A stretch of 64,000 nt of DNA from Paraspadella gotoi (lineage: Eukaryota; Animalia; Chaetognatha). Made by a program: the position numbers and the translations under genes. This document shows, one piece after another, positions 26,675 through 46,445 of this stretch. Within the stretch, counting starts at the first letter, position 1; every line of letters starts with the position of its first letter. The stretch is taken from assembly GCA_051294375.1 (NCBI GenBank), contig CM119270.1, forward strand, positions 8,295,213-8,359,212. Reading direction: 5' to 3'. The notes below the pieces were generated by a model. That model did no database searches, had not been told where the DNA came from, and worked only from the letters and a program-made list of their open reading frames with translations.

Positions 26675-28819
26675 AATCAAGGAATAAAAAATAAATATAT
26701 GAAAATGATTCAACCAACATAAAATCTAATGGATTATATTTAAATAAGTTTTTCTCTGGTGTCTCATTGATGACCCGCTTATAATTTTGTTTGTTTTTTG
26801 TCCCATAATTTTGAATAAAAATACAAAAATATATTTCTCAAAACATAGGTTAAGCTAGGCAACTTTATATTTTGAGTCAAAATCACGTTTTTTACGAAAT
26901 CACAGTGAGAGTAATGATACAGATTTCTTTGACGATAATAACAGCATAATCACAGATATGATAGGAAAATGAATCAAGAAGACGAAACAGTGAACACGCT
27001 TAAACGTACAATTCAAAATGGATCATTTCCATTTTGTATATCACCATTTGACAATAAAAACGGTTAGATTTTTTTACATAAGAAAAATGCTTTAAATAAA
27101 AATGAGTTTTTTCAATCATTATTATGTTGATTTTTTATACGTACATTACACCTTTGCTATAAAAGACTTTTAAAGATTTTGATTGTAAACAAAGCTGTTG
27201 GATAAATTAGATACAATAATTTATTATTTTATAATATAAATAAAATATTTTTCATAAAATTACAACAAAAAATGTTTATTTAATTAGAACTTAAGCTGAT
27301 TTACTGTTCAGCAGTAGAAAGGAAAGCTTACTTATTTTATAACTTTGAATGATAGCTAAATCTAAAATAAAGATTAGTGCCAGTTTCAAAAATACCTGGA
27401 TTAAATATAAAAACGAATAATGAATATCATTCTTTTTATTTCCGGATAATAAGATTTAATTCTTAAATTTGATTTGTTGAATCTATTATTTTAAATGTTT
27501 TTGACGCTGAAAAAAAAACTTTGTGAAACAGTGTGATCTTATTGCAAATTGTAATAATGAATGAAAATGCGATAAGATTTTTTTAAAAAGCCATGTTCAA
27601 TATGTCAGTATGATAATATCACTTTACATATGTTTTTTTTCTATGCTCAATTCTGAGGTTTTAATCTCGGCAATCAGCTTAAATACATGAGTAAGACTGT
27701 ACATTTATGCTATGCCTAAATGTAGCACCGCTTTGATACGAAATATCAGAGTCGATTGACGTACATTTATAATATGATCATATAGATAATACTGGCTTGA
27801 TGCTTTGTTTGCAATTGTTATGCTTTTAAACGTACTTGACAGTACAGGGTTAACTTGGGAGCCTTCAAAAGCAGATTTAAGATTGATAAATATTAGTAAC
27901 ATCGATTATATCTTTTACATCGGTGATTTGCGGCAAGACACATACTGTAACATATTTTTATATTTTTTTTGTCCTTTGTAAATAATTCTTAAACTATTGT
28001 GAATATAATTCAAAATTTTTTTTGTAAATTGGGATTAAAAAAGAAACAAGATTCATGGTAACTGATATTTGGACCGAACAAAAAAATTGTTCGATTAAGG
28101 CGCCGTCTGCCGCTCCTTCGAATATCATTAACAAATATACCGAAACACCAAAAGCGGTAGAAATATAGGTAATCTAATGCGTAAAAAGTAAACATACAAA
28201 AAAAAGACTACAACTCAGTTCTTCGAGATGACGAGGCACATTTTATACGTAAAAGTAGGTCTTGAGCAAAATATTTCGATGTGTGCAGTACATATGCTGT
28301 ACTCTGATAACAGTGAACAATACCAATAAACGACATGTACGGATTTGTAAAAATCTAGGAGCGATAAAACGGATTTAAAAAAGACTACGAAAAAATAAAA
28401 GAAGGTTTTGTTCATTGCGGTTCGTTTGTTTTCGTCACTCTTATGCTCTTAGCTTATTAGAGGGAGGAGTCTTCCAACCTTCCTTCAAATACTGAATACA
28501 ACAGACTACTGGATCACGTGACTCAAGGACCGCAAGAATGACCGGACTCGACATCATTGAGCAGTACAAGTACGGACAGAGGGGTAAAAGGCCAGGGCAC
28601 GTTTAGTTAGGTTTTAATCAAAGACACAAACAGTCGAGACGAATGGTCGGATCGTTGATGACAAAACACAATTTGATAACAAAAACTGAAAAAAAAAATG
28701 AAGAAAAATAAAAACAAAAGCAAAAATAAAATTATAACTGAAAATAACGCGATGTCTAACGTTAGAAATATATGAAATCGAATTTAAGGGACAAAAACAA
28801 CGACTGCGATCACAAAGAA

Positions 28820-28851
<32 letters not shown>

Positions 28852-28943
28852 AGAGTTTTAACTTGGACCACAGAGACAACGGACGACTCAAGCTTCGGCA
28901 TTGCTCGCGCAATCTTGACATTCCCCCCCCCCGTGCTCTCCCC

Positions 28944-34508
<5,565 letters not shown>

Positions 34509-34520
34509 TAAAAATAGAGT

Positions 34521-34622
34521 TATGAAATTGGTACAACAAATATAAAAATTATCCATTCATTTAATAAATAAGCTATCCTGCCCCTGACTTTGGACAGGCT
34601 TTGGTGGTTTTAAGGCCTCCAT
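34521..34622. mobile_element. SINE-like repeat, truncated copy 2
   Basis: Matches 13365-13466. Confidence 0.75.
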
Positions 34623-35142
34623 GTTATACTTTTATTAATATTGTTTAATTACGGAAGATTTGTGAAATTTTTGTAACGAATTTTATGACGGGTTAAAAAA
34701 AAATAACTAAATCAATATGCATTTAAAGTTTTTTAAATTTATACTTATATTTAAACCGTATTAAAACACTAAAAAAAAACACATTTTTTTAGCGGATCGA
34801 AAAACAAAGGAAATTCTTTAAGAAAACAAAACACTTGACAAGAAACCTTGATTAACTGTTGGGAGATGCTAAGTTGTTCAGAAAAGCCAGTGATTTATGA
34901 CATTTCAAGTAAAAAAAAATCAATTACGTCTTTGAAGAAAAAAAAAATTTGAGAAGAAACTCGGCCAAGTGAGCATGACGATGAAAGACTAAAGGAAATA
35001 AAAGTGGGAGAATGTTAAAAGTAATTCCTTAATGTGGTTTAAATGCTTTGTCACGACATAATGATTAATGCGAAGCATGAAAGGTGAAGATGCTTTCTTT
35101 ATTATGAATTTTAAGGCCTTTATGAACAATTTTCGTACTGTG

Positions 35143-35375
35143 AATGGAATAGAGAATAGAATAAAATAGAATAGAATAGAATAGAGATTAGAATAGAATA
35201 GAATAGAGAATAGAATAGAATAGAGAATAGAATAGAATAGAGAATAGAATAAAGAAGAGAAGAGAATAAAGAATAGAATAGAATAGAGAATGGAAGAGAA
35301 TAGAGAATAGAATAGAGAATAGAAGAGAATAGAGAATAGAATATAGAATAGAATAGAGAATAGAAGAGAATAGAA
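35143..35375. repeat. (AATAG)n microsatellite
   Basis: Direct reading. Confidence 0.9.
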
Positions 35376-35699
35376 ATTAAAAAGGATCTAAAAATTGTCA
35401 AATTTTTAATTCTAATGCTATCAAGATAGAATGGCTCCCATGCAATTCATTGCGTCGGTTAGTCAATATCCAATTCGAAAAAGAACAATACAATTATAAA
35501 AGTTAAAATGTATCAAAACAGAAATGATTAATTGCGCAAACTTTAAAGAAATGTCAGCTAAAAATAGCGCACGATGAGAAAGAAAATACGACGAAAGAAA
35601 ACGAAGGAAGATCAAAGATGAAAAGATGTCGGTGCCACCTGGGTGGAAAATCGCGCGAGCGAGGAGAGAGGGAAAAAAAGGAGAAGAGGTCAGAGAGAG

Positions 35700-35792
<93 letters not shown>

Positions 35793-35857
35793 GAATCGAA
35801 AAAAATGATAAGCAATTAAGCATTGAAGAGAGGAAATAGAGAGAAGCAGAAAAAAAA

Positions 35858-35897
<40 letters not shown>

Positions 35898-36107
35898 GAA
35901 AGAAGAAAGAAAGAAAAGAAAAGAAAAAAGAAAGAAAGAAAGAAAGAGAGGGAGACAAAAAGTGAGATACACTGAGAAAAAAGAAAGAAAGAGAAACAGA
36001 TGGACAAAGAGTTGAAAAAACATTAAAGAAAAAAAGAAAAAAGTAAAAAAAGAAAAAAAGAAATAGGAAAAGAAGGAAAAAAAACAAGTATAAAGAAATA
36101 GAAAGTG

Positions 36108-36178
<71 letters not shown>

Positions 36179-36284
36179 AAAAAAGAAAGAAAGAAAGAAA
36201 GACAGAAAGACAGAAAGACATTAAAAGAGAGAGAACGAGAGAGAGGAACAAAAAAAGAGAGAGAAGAGAGGTGAGATAGAGAGA

Positions 36285-36420
36285 GTCACGTCACGCTTTT
36301 TCGCGGTAGGCGCCTGGGAGCGCGCGTCGCCTAGCAACGAGACGCGCGACGCCGGAAGTCAGATCACGCGACGTCTAGACGCGGCTAAGTCGACAGAGTT
36401 CGCTAGATCGGTGGTAAGGG
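36285..36420. promoter_or_regulatory. CpG-rich promoter-like island
   Basis: Contains CCTAGCAAC (RFX X-box half-site-like), CCGGAAGT (ETS), GTCACGTCAC and a + strand donor-like GGTG|GTAAGG at ~36415. It lies 1.8 kb upstream of the nuclear receptor 5'-most exon. Confidence 0.45.
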
Positions 36421-38214
36421 TTGACTTCAGATAATGTAGATAAGGCTCTCTCTGACATATGTATAGTTAATGAAAATTTCGAAATCACTTGTTTTAATAT
36501 ATTATGTAGATTAAATTGACTAAATTTTGAAATTAAGATAAAAAGTTTAAAATATTTAACATAAGTATAAATTCAATATTAGATATATTTCATATTTAGT
36601 AATAATGTACTATGAAGAGGGATGTTGGTTTGGTTTTCTGAATATAGACCATGGCACAAGCACATGGTTAAAAATTGCTTTCTTGGTAGAAAGTTATATT
36701 TTTTCAATCAGATGAATACAAAGACTTAACGAGAATTGTGGATGCCTCGTCAAATACGATGGCTAAATGGTGAGTCGTGAATGGTGAATGGAGAAATCGG
36801 AATAAGCAGAAAGAAAATGGCAGCCATCGGCCCGAATGTCGCAAATGGCAGTGATAAGGCAGATGGTTGCGTTTGATTCGATTCTGAAGGATTATCGCTG
36901 AGGTCCACCGATAAAATGGCGGGCTGCGATCTTTGTACTTTCAAACAAGGAAATTGTCAATAATTCCTTCGCGGAATAAAAAAAAAGAAGAAAAAAAGAA
37001 ATCGTTGGGAAGACTGTGAAGAGTTTTAACGAATCGACGACAAAATATCAATTACTTTGCAATTGATTAATCGTTTAGGAAAATAATTAAAGCAAATGAA
37101 GCGGCGACGTGAAAAAGCTAAAGGGAAGGGTTAAGTCATCTTCAACAGAAGGGGAAGTCGCCCAAAGCCCAAAGCCCAAAGCCACCCCAACCGCTTGCCT
37201 GGAATTATTTTATTTTCCTTTTTAATTAATCGTTCCAACTCGCGACGCTAATGACGTAGTTAATTCCTTCTCCTCTTTTTCGCTTTTTTATTCTTTTTAT
37301 TTTTCTTTTGTTCTTTTGTGTTGTTCTTTTTTTTTCAGGTTCGTTAGAGTTTGTCGCCCTTTCACGCGTTTCTTGTCACGCCTCTTTTGTCGCCGCAGTT
37401 CGTCGCTCCAGGTTTTTTAGCTTCGTAATTTATTTATGTTTTTGTTTTTGTTTTTTTTTTAAGCTTGTTCATGTCATCTTTAAAGAAGGAAGAAAATTAA
37501 AATAAATGTTTTTTTTTCATATTTTAATTCTGTCATTTTAGCAGCATCGGGTGATTTCTGAGGTAACATATATAATTATTTATGCTGTTTTAATTCAGAA
37601 TTCCAGATCCTTCATAAAAAAATATTCATAATTTTCCGAACTGAATAGTTAAGCAAAATTCTAAGCAAATAGTATTTTTTTTTAAAACGTAAGCCGTGAA
37701 AGACAAACTGACATTTGCTATATTTCTTTTTTATCATTACGCAAATAAATCTCTATATTTTTTTTGTAAAACGATATTAGGATGGAATGAGCCACAGTTT
37801 TAGGAAGTAAATAATTCTCTATCACCATTCGCGCCAAACTTTTTCACGCTACCCAATCCATCTCAGTGAAGTTGTTCAGCAAGCTGGCGTCGCCGTTGCT
37901 CATTTGGTTGTCGTTGTTATTGTTGTTATGGTTATTGTTGTTGTTGTTGTTTCTCGTCATCATCGACTTCACTTTTAATGAAAAGCGACGATGGAAAAAA
38001 AAGAGGAAAAACGGGATAACTTCTCTCTCGTTTCTGTCAACTGGAAAATACCCATTTTCTTTTTTATTCTTTTTTCGTTGTTTTTTTGTTGTTTTTTTTT
38101 GTGTGTGTGTTTTTTTTTTCTAAATTATATAGTTTTTTTTTATTCGATTGATTTTTATTTTTTTGTTAGTCGGTAAAATGAAAAAAAAAGTATAATCAAT
38201 CCGCCATGACGCTT

Positions 38215-38273
<59 letters not shown>

Positions 38274-38575
38274 AATTTTTTTTCTATATCTCTTTCTAGT
38301 GTCTGGAATTTTAGTGATAAATTTGTTTTCTCTCTTCCTCGATATTTTTTATTTTATATTTTCGATTTAAACTTTTCATATTTGATCGACGATGTCGTCG
38401 TCGTTGTCGTCGTCGTCGTCGTCTTCGTCGTCCGCGTGTTCGTCGTCCAAAAATACGCGACCAAATAAGGAACTGACTTTTCCTTTTCTGAATCGTGAAG
38501 AAAAGAGACAATGTCTCAGCTTTTGTTTATGTTTTTCCTTTTCCCGTCTACAGTTTGTTTTTATTTTTGGACAGA

Positions 38576-38630
<55 letters not shown>

Positions 38631-40226
38631 GAGAGAGGGAGAGAGAGAGAGGGAGAGAGGGAGAGAGGGAGAGAGAGAGAGAGAGAAAAGGGGAGGCGAG
38701 AAAGCTCTGTCGGTTTTCACAGAGAAACGCGAAGCCAAAAGCCGCAAACTCTGATCGGTCGAAGAGCAGAGAAACTGTGGTGACAACGCGAAACAGTCAA
38801 GACAAACTTGGAAGGGGAAAGGATTCGGACGATTATGTGTTCTCAGACTGTCATGGCTGTCATGCGACTGCCTTGAATTTGGTTTTGTAGAGCCGAAACT
38901 AGTTGAAATATATTAGTTTGTGGCCCATATCACGTCATATTAAATATAAACGAAGTGAATAGGTATTACGACTACGTAGTCACCTCAAAGCATTTAAAAT
39001 ACTTTTTAATACAGAACATTGCTGTCAATTTTGATAGTTTTGCGAATTTATTGAAAAAAATTATACCGGAATTATTTGGCAATTTACGGATAAAGAAAAT
39101 GGAATAACAGTGTCACTGCCGTCACGTCTTTGTGACAAACGTTTGTGAAGTTTTTGCAACGTCGCCGTGCGAGACGCGTCGAGGTTGAAACCAGTGGCCG
39201 TCTCGCTTCGACAGATGGTCATCGCTCGCCTTTTTTTTATTAATATTTATTACTTTTTTTAATGATATTTATTTTTTTCCATTGTTTCGTCTGGATTTTT
39301 TCTCCTTTGACGGTTTCGCCCAACGAGTCGGTAGAATAATGGCCTTTCGTTGACCGAGTGGTGTTTTTTTCCCTTCGTTTTATTATTATTCTAAAAATAA
39401 AAACGATTTACTTTTTGGCGGTCGTTGCGGGTTTTGAATTAAAATTTGGTTGGCGAAGAAGGAGAGAAGAAACTTATTGTTTTTCTCCTTTTTTCTTGGT
39501 CGTGAAAAAAAGAGGCATCAGAAAGTTTAATAATGATATTTTTAGGTTCTTGTACTTAACCTGTTCAAATTATTTGATATTCCAAACAATTCCTTAGAAA
39601 AAAAAATCATGTTCAATTATTTTGTAAAAATAAAAAAATAAAACTTATATAATTAGTGACTATATATCTTGTCTTCTTTAATATGTTCGGAAACCATATT
39701 TTGTCATGAAAAATAATTGCAACGGCGCTATTTCTTTTTTCACTTATCGCCCCAAAACACCGCCCATAATCAAAATTCCGCGAGAGAAAAACTTTAAATT
39801 TTTTTTGTGGAAAGCTCAAGGACGAGTTTATATAAATAAGGGGAGGGGAGAGAATGTAAAATCAACGAAAAAAAAGCAGAATTTAACATTAAGCTTGGAA
39901 ATTAGAAAAGAAAGAAAGACAAAAATAAATAAAAAAGGATAAATAAATAAATAAATAAACAAATTATTCTAGATGGAAGGGGGAAAACTAGAAAGATAGG
40001 CTGAATATCTGTCATCGGATTTTTTTTTTAAATTTCGATCCAAAACTTTTCACGAGTCAGTCATCAATAAAACTTTACAAAAGAAAAACAATGATGCGGG
40101 TTCGTAAAAAAAAATTTCGCATTTTGATTAGTTATCAACATCATAAGTTTGGCTTTGTAGCTCGAAAATATTTTTTTAGATTTTTGTGTTGATTATTTTA
40201 TTAAAAACTTTGTAGAAATTTATGTA

Positions 40227-40675
40227 AACAAGTTTGAGCAAACAATGTCGGATCTGCCCACGATCATTATCGGTAATTAATTAATAATTAATTAATAATT
40301 GGTGTTCAAATAGTGAAATATATTTTTTTGTTTTTTCCATTTCCACTCGGACGATTCTATCAAAACTTCATATACAGCTCAATCACACACTTCCCTACCC
40401 ACACACAAAATTTCATTCCAATCTATCCATCCAATCACGAGTAATTGATGTCTTTTGCTAAGGTGGGACGGACGGACGGACGGACAGAGGGACGGACGGA
40501 TGGACGGACGGACGGATGGACGGACGGATGGACATCTTTTTTTTGCCTAATCTATCATAATTCGATGTTCTGACATGATATAAGTGTGCCCGACAATATT
40601 GAGGGGGCGGACCGACGGACCGACAAAGTGAATTATAGAGTCGGGATATGCTGAAAAAGCAGATCCGACTAAAAA
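40227..40675 (+). mobile_element. HINE/DINE-1-like element, most complete copy
   Basis: Subterminal inverted repeat GTCGGATCTGC (5') / GCAGATCCGAC (3'), internal (GGAC)n at 40466-40532, 3' stem-loop AGTCGGGATATGC-TGAAAAA-GCAGATCCGACT, A-run flanks and no obvious TSD. Confidence 0.75.
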
Positions 40676-40994
40676 AAATGAACAAGTTTAAAGGATAACG
40701 TGATCGACTCTACCTAAAATAAACATTTATGTAAACATTCCCGAATTATATCCTTTTTCCCCACAAGTAAGTAGTCCAAATGGTTGACGGGTGAAAGATC
40801 ATGCATTGCCTGAGAAAGAAGATCAGTCCCTTACTACTTCAGCCCATGAACTCTTGAAATGTAAGGTAATATAGATTCGATGGTTTTTCAATAATATAAT
40901 ATTTTTAAAAAAATATTATGACAGTTGAATAATTGTTATAAAATAATGACTAAAACGTTCATAAATTGGCATGATGTAGCACGTGCTTCTGGCT

Positions 40995-41072
40995 CGTCCC
41001 ACTTAAAACTAGTTGGCGGCATCTTGGGTGTAACCCCTGACCTTTGGGTTCGGGGGCGAATGACGTGACTCC
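40995..41072 (-). mobile_element. Degenerate tRNA-derived SINE-like fragment
   Basis: Similar to 62112-62187. Confidence 0.4.
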
Positions 41073-44000
41073 GAAGATAAGATGTTAAAATACAGTGGTC
41101 TCTTTAATATCTAAAATTGTTTTTGCAAATTTTAATTCAATTAAATTTTAATTACAGAACCCTTTTTAACACAATAAAAACCAAAAAGTTGAAGCCTATT
41201 ACCCAAAATTTAGTGGTAGCGACAATGCACGTTGGTCAAACTCGTAACACTGCAGGTACAAATGTTATGGGACGGAATGGTCACTCTGTTGGCTCGGGGT
41301 GAAGAAAGCGACATGGATTCAAGCAAAATCCGACAGCAAACGCCGAATGGACAGAACGACCGGATTGCAATCCCTCAAAATTATGAGAGTTTCCTGTTCT
41401 TTATATTGGACAATGGACATGTTTCCTCAGTGATATTTGGTACTATAATTCGGGTTGCACTGAACGGCTATTTTTTTAAATAAAATTAAATTAAAATATG
41501 TTTCAACTTTTTTTAAAATTTTTTGAAACTATGTAGTATGTTCCTAAAAATAACCCTATACGACTTTCTATTTGAACGAAGTCAAGTTTAAATTTCCTAC
41601 GCAGCGATGCTCATGGTTTTTTTTAGAGATAAGATAATCTCGAGCTGTAAAGGAAACGCTGCGTTGTCAAGGTCACGAGTTCGTCGCTTATATATAAAGT
41701 TTAAAATATGATGTTGACGACAGGAACAGAAAAATAATTCGTCCAAAGCAAACAGATCGTCTTATCAAAAGTTAAATGTTTATGCATAGAAAAGTGTTAA
41801 AAAAATATTCGCTATTGTTATCTTTAACTTTGTTATTCTTTAATGTAAAAATCTTGTTTTTCAACAAAGCGAAAAAGAAAAGACAAGGGAGGAAAAAGTG
41901 TTTATTTGATATTTATTTAAGACGAATTTTGAAGTCGTGATTTTTTCAAGAAATAAGAAATAAATCTTTGTTTTTTTTTTTACTTTAAATAAATTACTAA
42001 TATTTGGAAAAAAATAGTTTTCCTAAAACTTCAAATCAAAAATCTTTAAAATTATTTACGGCGATTTATATTTTCACACGTGTCGCTTTCACGTTTTTAA
42101 AATCAGATTCTTTCAATTTGTTTATTGGTGTTTGTTTTGAAATCCTATCATTCGTACTGTAATATTAAAACCGGTCCTTCTCGGAAGAAGACGGGCGTTT
42201 CGGCGTACGCACGCAATTTTTTTTTTGGTTTTAATTCGATCTTTTTTTTTAAATTTGTGACTCCAAAGTTTACTGTTGTTAAAATCTTAAAGACGGCCGT
42301 CTAGACTGGCTGAGGGAAGAACGGCAGTTATTGAATTCAATCGAAGTTGTAAAAACAAGTTCTTTCTTTTCCTGCATTTTTTTAAGCGACAATAAATTGT
42401 TAAAAATATACAAAAAGAGCAGAAAGCAGAAAGCGAAGATCGACAGAGAGGAAGAGATCGAGCGAGTGCATTTCTTTAATTTTCGATGAGCATATTTATA
42501 ATTAAATATTTCTTTTAAATACAAATAAACCACGAACATATTAAAATAGTAGAGTATTAATTACGACCAAGACAACGTCGATAGAGACCGCGACGACGAC
42601 GATGGCGACGAAGAAAACCACGACGAAGTAGATAAATAAAGGACGAAATAAATATTTAAAAGCAGAAAACTGAAATGACCTCGATAACGTCCCTTTTTTT
42701 CTTCTTTTTTTTTTTTTTTGTTATGCTTTTTTTCTATCTTCTACAATCTAGGTGCAAACCAAAAAATATTATAAAAAAGTTTAAAAAACATTAGCTTCGA
42801 AGATTGAAGATAAAAAATTTAGAAAAACCGCCTTTCGACTTTTAAAACGGGATTTGAACCCAGTTTTTTTTTCTAGATTCTTTTTTATTTTCGTGCTCTC
42901 GCACGGTAAATTTTTACCGTGGGCCGATTTCGTGTTTTACGCCTTGTCGACTCCCTTTGTCTAAATACGCGTTCATTAATTTTTTTTTAAATTTAAAAAT
43001 ATATATGTACAATATCAGGAAAAAAATTAGATTTAAAAAAATTTACGTGTACAAAATGTACATTATTAGGAAAAAAATTGATTTAAAAAATTTTACGTTG
43101 GCAAAAGTTTTTTAGCTTCTGATTTAGTTTTAAGCTTAAATAATTATTTCCATCAGTAGTTCCATTATTTAGATCATTATTCCTTATGTAAATATATAAT
43201 ATATATGATATATATTATTTCATCAATTTTTATGAGTGCCTGTCTGGTACGAATTTAGTTTATTTATACTTTAAAAGTAAATAACTCCGTTACTATTTGA
43301 AAAGAAAAGTTTTAAATAACAGTAATCATTTAAAGAATTGTGCAGTTTTTAAATTCAGCTTTATCATGGTTCTTAAGTTTCAGATGAAAGATGTGAATTT
43401 TATCTAATAGTAATTTACAAAGTCGAAGAGTTTTTAATTTCTTTATAACAACGTTTATTTTTGAAATCTAATAGTAAAAAATCGAGTATAAAAATCAATG
43501 CGTCTTACATTTTCGAATTGCCGCTGGATCGAAACTGTTTTCGATGCCCTCTCTCGTTTTTTCCCTCATTTTATTACTTTTTTCAACTTAGTAATTACAT
43601 TTTTGACCCGAAGTTAAAAAGAATGAGGTCGAGAAATAAATATAAAAAATGAACTAAAGAAAGAAAGACGGAAGCAAAGAACGAATGAAAGGGAGACACC
43701 ACTTTGCGATAACTTAATATTAGCAGAACAAAGCACTAATTTTGAACGCATTAGCCTCTTACTTTTTGGTGCTCCCGTATATATACACTGTATTAACTTT
43801 TTTCTTTTTCAAAAATACTAAATGGACAGGCGCATTAATTTTAGTGTTTCATATAAATTTCACGTGACTGTCACCTTCCTTTTGTTACGGTCCAGACACG
43901 TTCCAATTGTCAATTGTGACAATTGAGTTATGGAGCATAAATTTAAGGCCGATAAAGCCACACTGACTTGATATGTGGTAGATTAAGGTTAATTTTACCG

Positions 44001-44758
44001 CCATAGCGTCTTTTTCAAAATGAATAATTGCTTTTCTTTAAGAATCAAATACCGTAAGGACGAACTGAACCGAAAAAAAGAACAATTGATAAAAAGGCTA
44101 TCGGATTGATTCAATGAGAGAATCCGAATTTATTGACGCAAAGATGTTCGTTCTAAAATCATTATTAAATCTGGGTCCTGACAAAATGACCCAACCTCTC
44201 TCGTGGCTGACATTAACACGACCCAACTTATGAATTCAGCCTTTGATCAGGGATCGAGTTATCGAATGGAATCGATGGCCGAAGATTGGAACCCGCCTAA
44301 GTCTTTCTTTCCATTTTTAATCTTTCCTAGGAACTTATCTTACATAAAGATCGGGTTCAAAAGACTTTATAATAAAATTCAATTATCTGATTTCGAATGT
44401 ACTTAGTACATTTAGATCGCAAAGAATGACCAAAAAATAGTAGTAATACAAACAATTGTAAATAAGTATTAACCACGACATTTCTCTCGTAATTTTCCTT
44501 ATTGAAAACCTTGATTTTTTTTTATCACTCTCAGCCTCTCTCTCTCTGACGCTCTCTCTGTCTCTCTTTCCTTTCGCTTTTATATCCCTCTCTATCTCTC
44601 TTTCTCTCTCTATCTCTTTCCTTTCTCACTTACACTCCCTCCCTCTCTTTCTTTCTTCCGAGGTATCGCCAAATTTGAAAGAATAGTTGGGGAAATATTT
44701 GGTCGGGAGAAAAATCCTGGAAAACAACTAACATGATACGATTTATCAAGGAGAGGAA

Positions 44759-44806
<48 letters not shown>

Positions 44807-44986
44807 AAAGGAAACACTATCGTTTTCATTTCTTTTTTTGGGTCAGTCACCGCTTTTCCTAGCGAAACAAATTATTCAACAGAAATAAAGTCAAGCGAAT
44901 GAAAATAGAAAAGGATTTTGAACCGAGATTAAGTGAAGACAATTTATTAACCTTTGTTTGTTTGTTTGTTTTTTTCCTACTTTTTT

Positions 44987-45029
<43 letters not shown>

Positions 45030-45171
45030 ATCCTTCTTTCTTTTTTTTCTGTCCTTTTTTCTTTCTTTTTTTCCCTTTATCTTCTTTCTTTATTTTTCTA
45101 GTTCATTTTTTTTTAGTTTGCTATTAATTTATTTAATTATTTTGTTTTTCCCATTCCCTAACAACTCGCTA

Positions 45172-45233
45172 ATAATTTTTATCCAAGGAACCCCAATGTT
45201 AGTAACATTGGGGGTTCCTTGGATAAAAATTAT
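45172..45233. repeat. ~60-bp near-perfect palindrome
   Basis: ATAATTTTTATCCAAGGAACCCCAATGTTA-G-TAACATTGGGGGTTCCTTGGATAAAAATTAT. Confidence 0.9.
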
Positions 45234-45768
45234 ATGCATACGTAAGTTTCGGTCTCAGCTGAATAAAACCATCTGAAATATTACGAAAACAAGAACGGTA
45301 ATTCAAATGTGTTGCGCCGCAGTGACTGCCTTATCACGTGTATTTCTCGGGACATGACATGACGTGACATGACATGACATGACGCGACATGACATGACTA
45401 CATGACTACAATAACTTTGTTAGCCTGTGTATTTATGACACACACGACATCGGAATTACGTCTTTTATAGTTTTTAGGATTTCCAGAAGGCGGAGCAAGC
45501 AGTCACTGAGATTTGAGGGTTTTTTCTGACTTAAAAAATGAGCAACCAACTATAGGCAAATTATATGCANNNNNNNNNNNNNNNNNNNNNNNNNTTTTAA
45601 CGTAAGGAGGACAGATCGAAGGACCGACATACAGACAGGACCAAAAAGTGACTTAAGTGGAGAGAGAGACGAAGGAGAGAAGAGAGAAGAGAGAGAGGAG
45701 AGAGAGAGGTCGAGAGAGGAGAGAGAGAGAGAGACAAGAAAAACGGTGACCGACCTTCATTTAAATAA

Positions 45769-46445
45769 CGTTTCTGCAATGAATGCGCCGGCTAAATTTG
45801 TAAACACCTGCGAGTAGTGCTGTGACGCATCGTCTTAGTTATAAAAAAAAAAAAAAACCAAAAGATTCTCGATTTCAGGCTAAGAGAAATGAGAGCAAAA
45901 ACAGGCGATAATGTTTATTAGTTGTTGTTTAATCTTTTTTTAAACTTTCACCCATCATACAATTTGGATCTAGATATGTCAAGGCTCAAGCATTCATTCC
46001 ATATTTTTTTTAAACATTCAAATAAAACCTCTAAACTCCTAGATGTTTATTATAGAGTTTTAAATTAATATATTATAAACTAATGTCTTTTTATCTCTCT
46101 CCTCTCTTCCGTTTCTGCAATGAATGCGCCGGCTAAATTTGTAAACACCTGCGAGTAGCTGGTGAGCGCATCGTCTTAGTTATAAAAAAAAAGTAATAAG
46201 AAAAGAAATCCTAAAAGATTCTCGATTTCAGGCTAAGAGAATATGAGAGCAAAACAGGCGATTAATGTTTATTTAGTTGTTGTTTAATCTTTTAAACTTT
46301 CACCCATCATACAATTTGGATCTAGATATGTCAAGGCTCAAGCATTCATTCCATATTTTTTTTTAAACATTCAAATAAAACCTAAAAATCTAAGACGCTA
46401 ATGTACTATAGAGTTTTAAATTTTATTAATAAACTAATGTCTTTT
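45769..46445. repeat. ~335-bp tandem duplication next to an assembly gap
   Basis: 45769-46092 and 46110-46445 differ mainly by indels; possibly an assembly artefact. Confidence 0.8.

Noticed and set aside
40770-41483. Exon-like segments with splice signals
   Set aside because: Stops occur in the frames tried and there is no recognisable motif, so a gene call cannot be supported.
45769-46445. Tandem duplication as a biological feature
   Set aside because: It lies next to a gap and the copies differ mostly by homopolymer indels, so a gap-filling artefact is likely.
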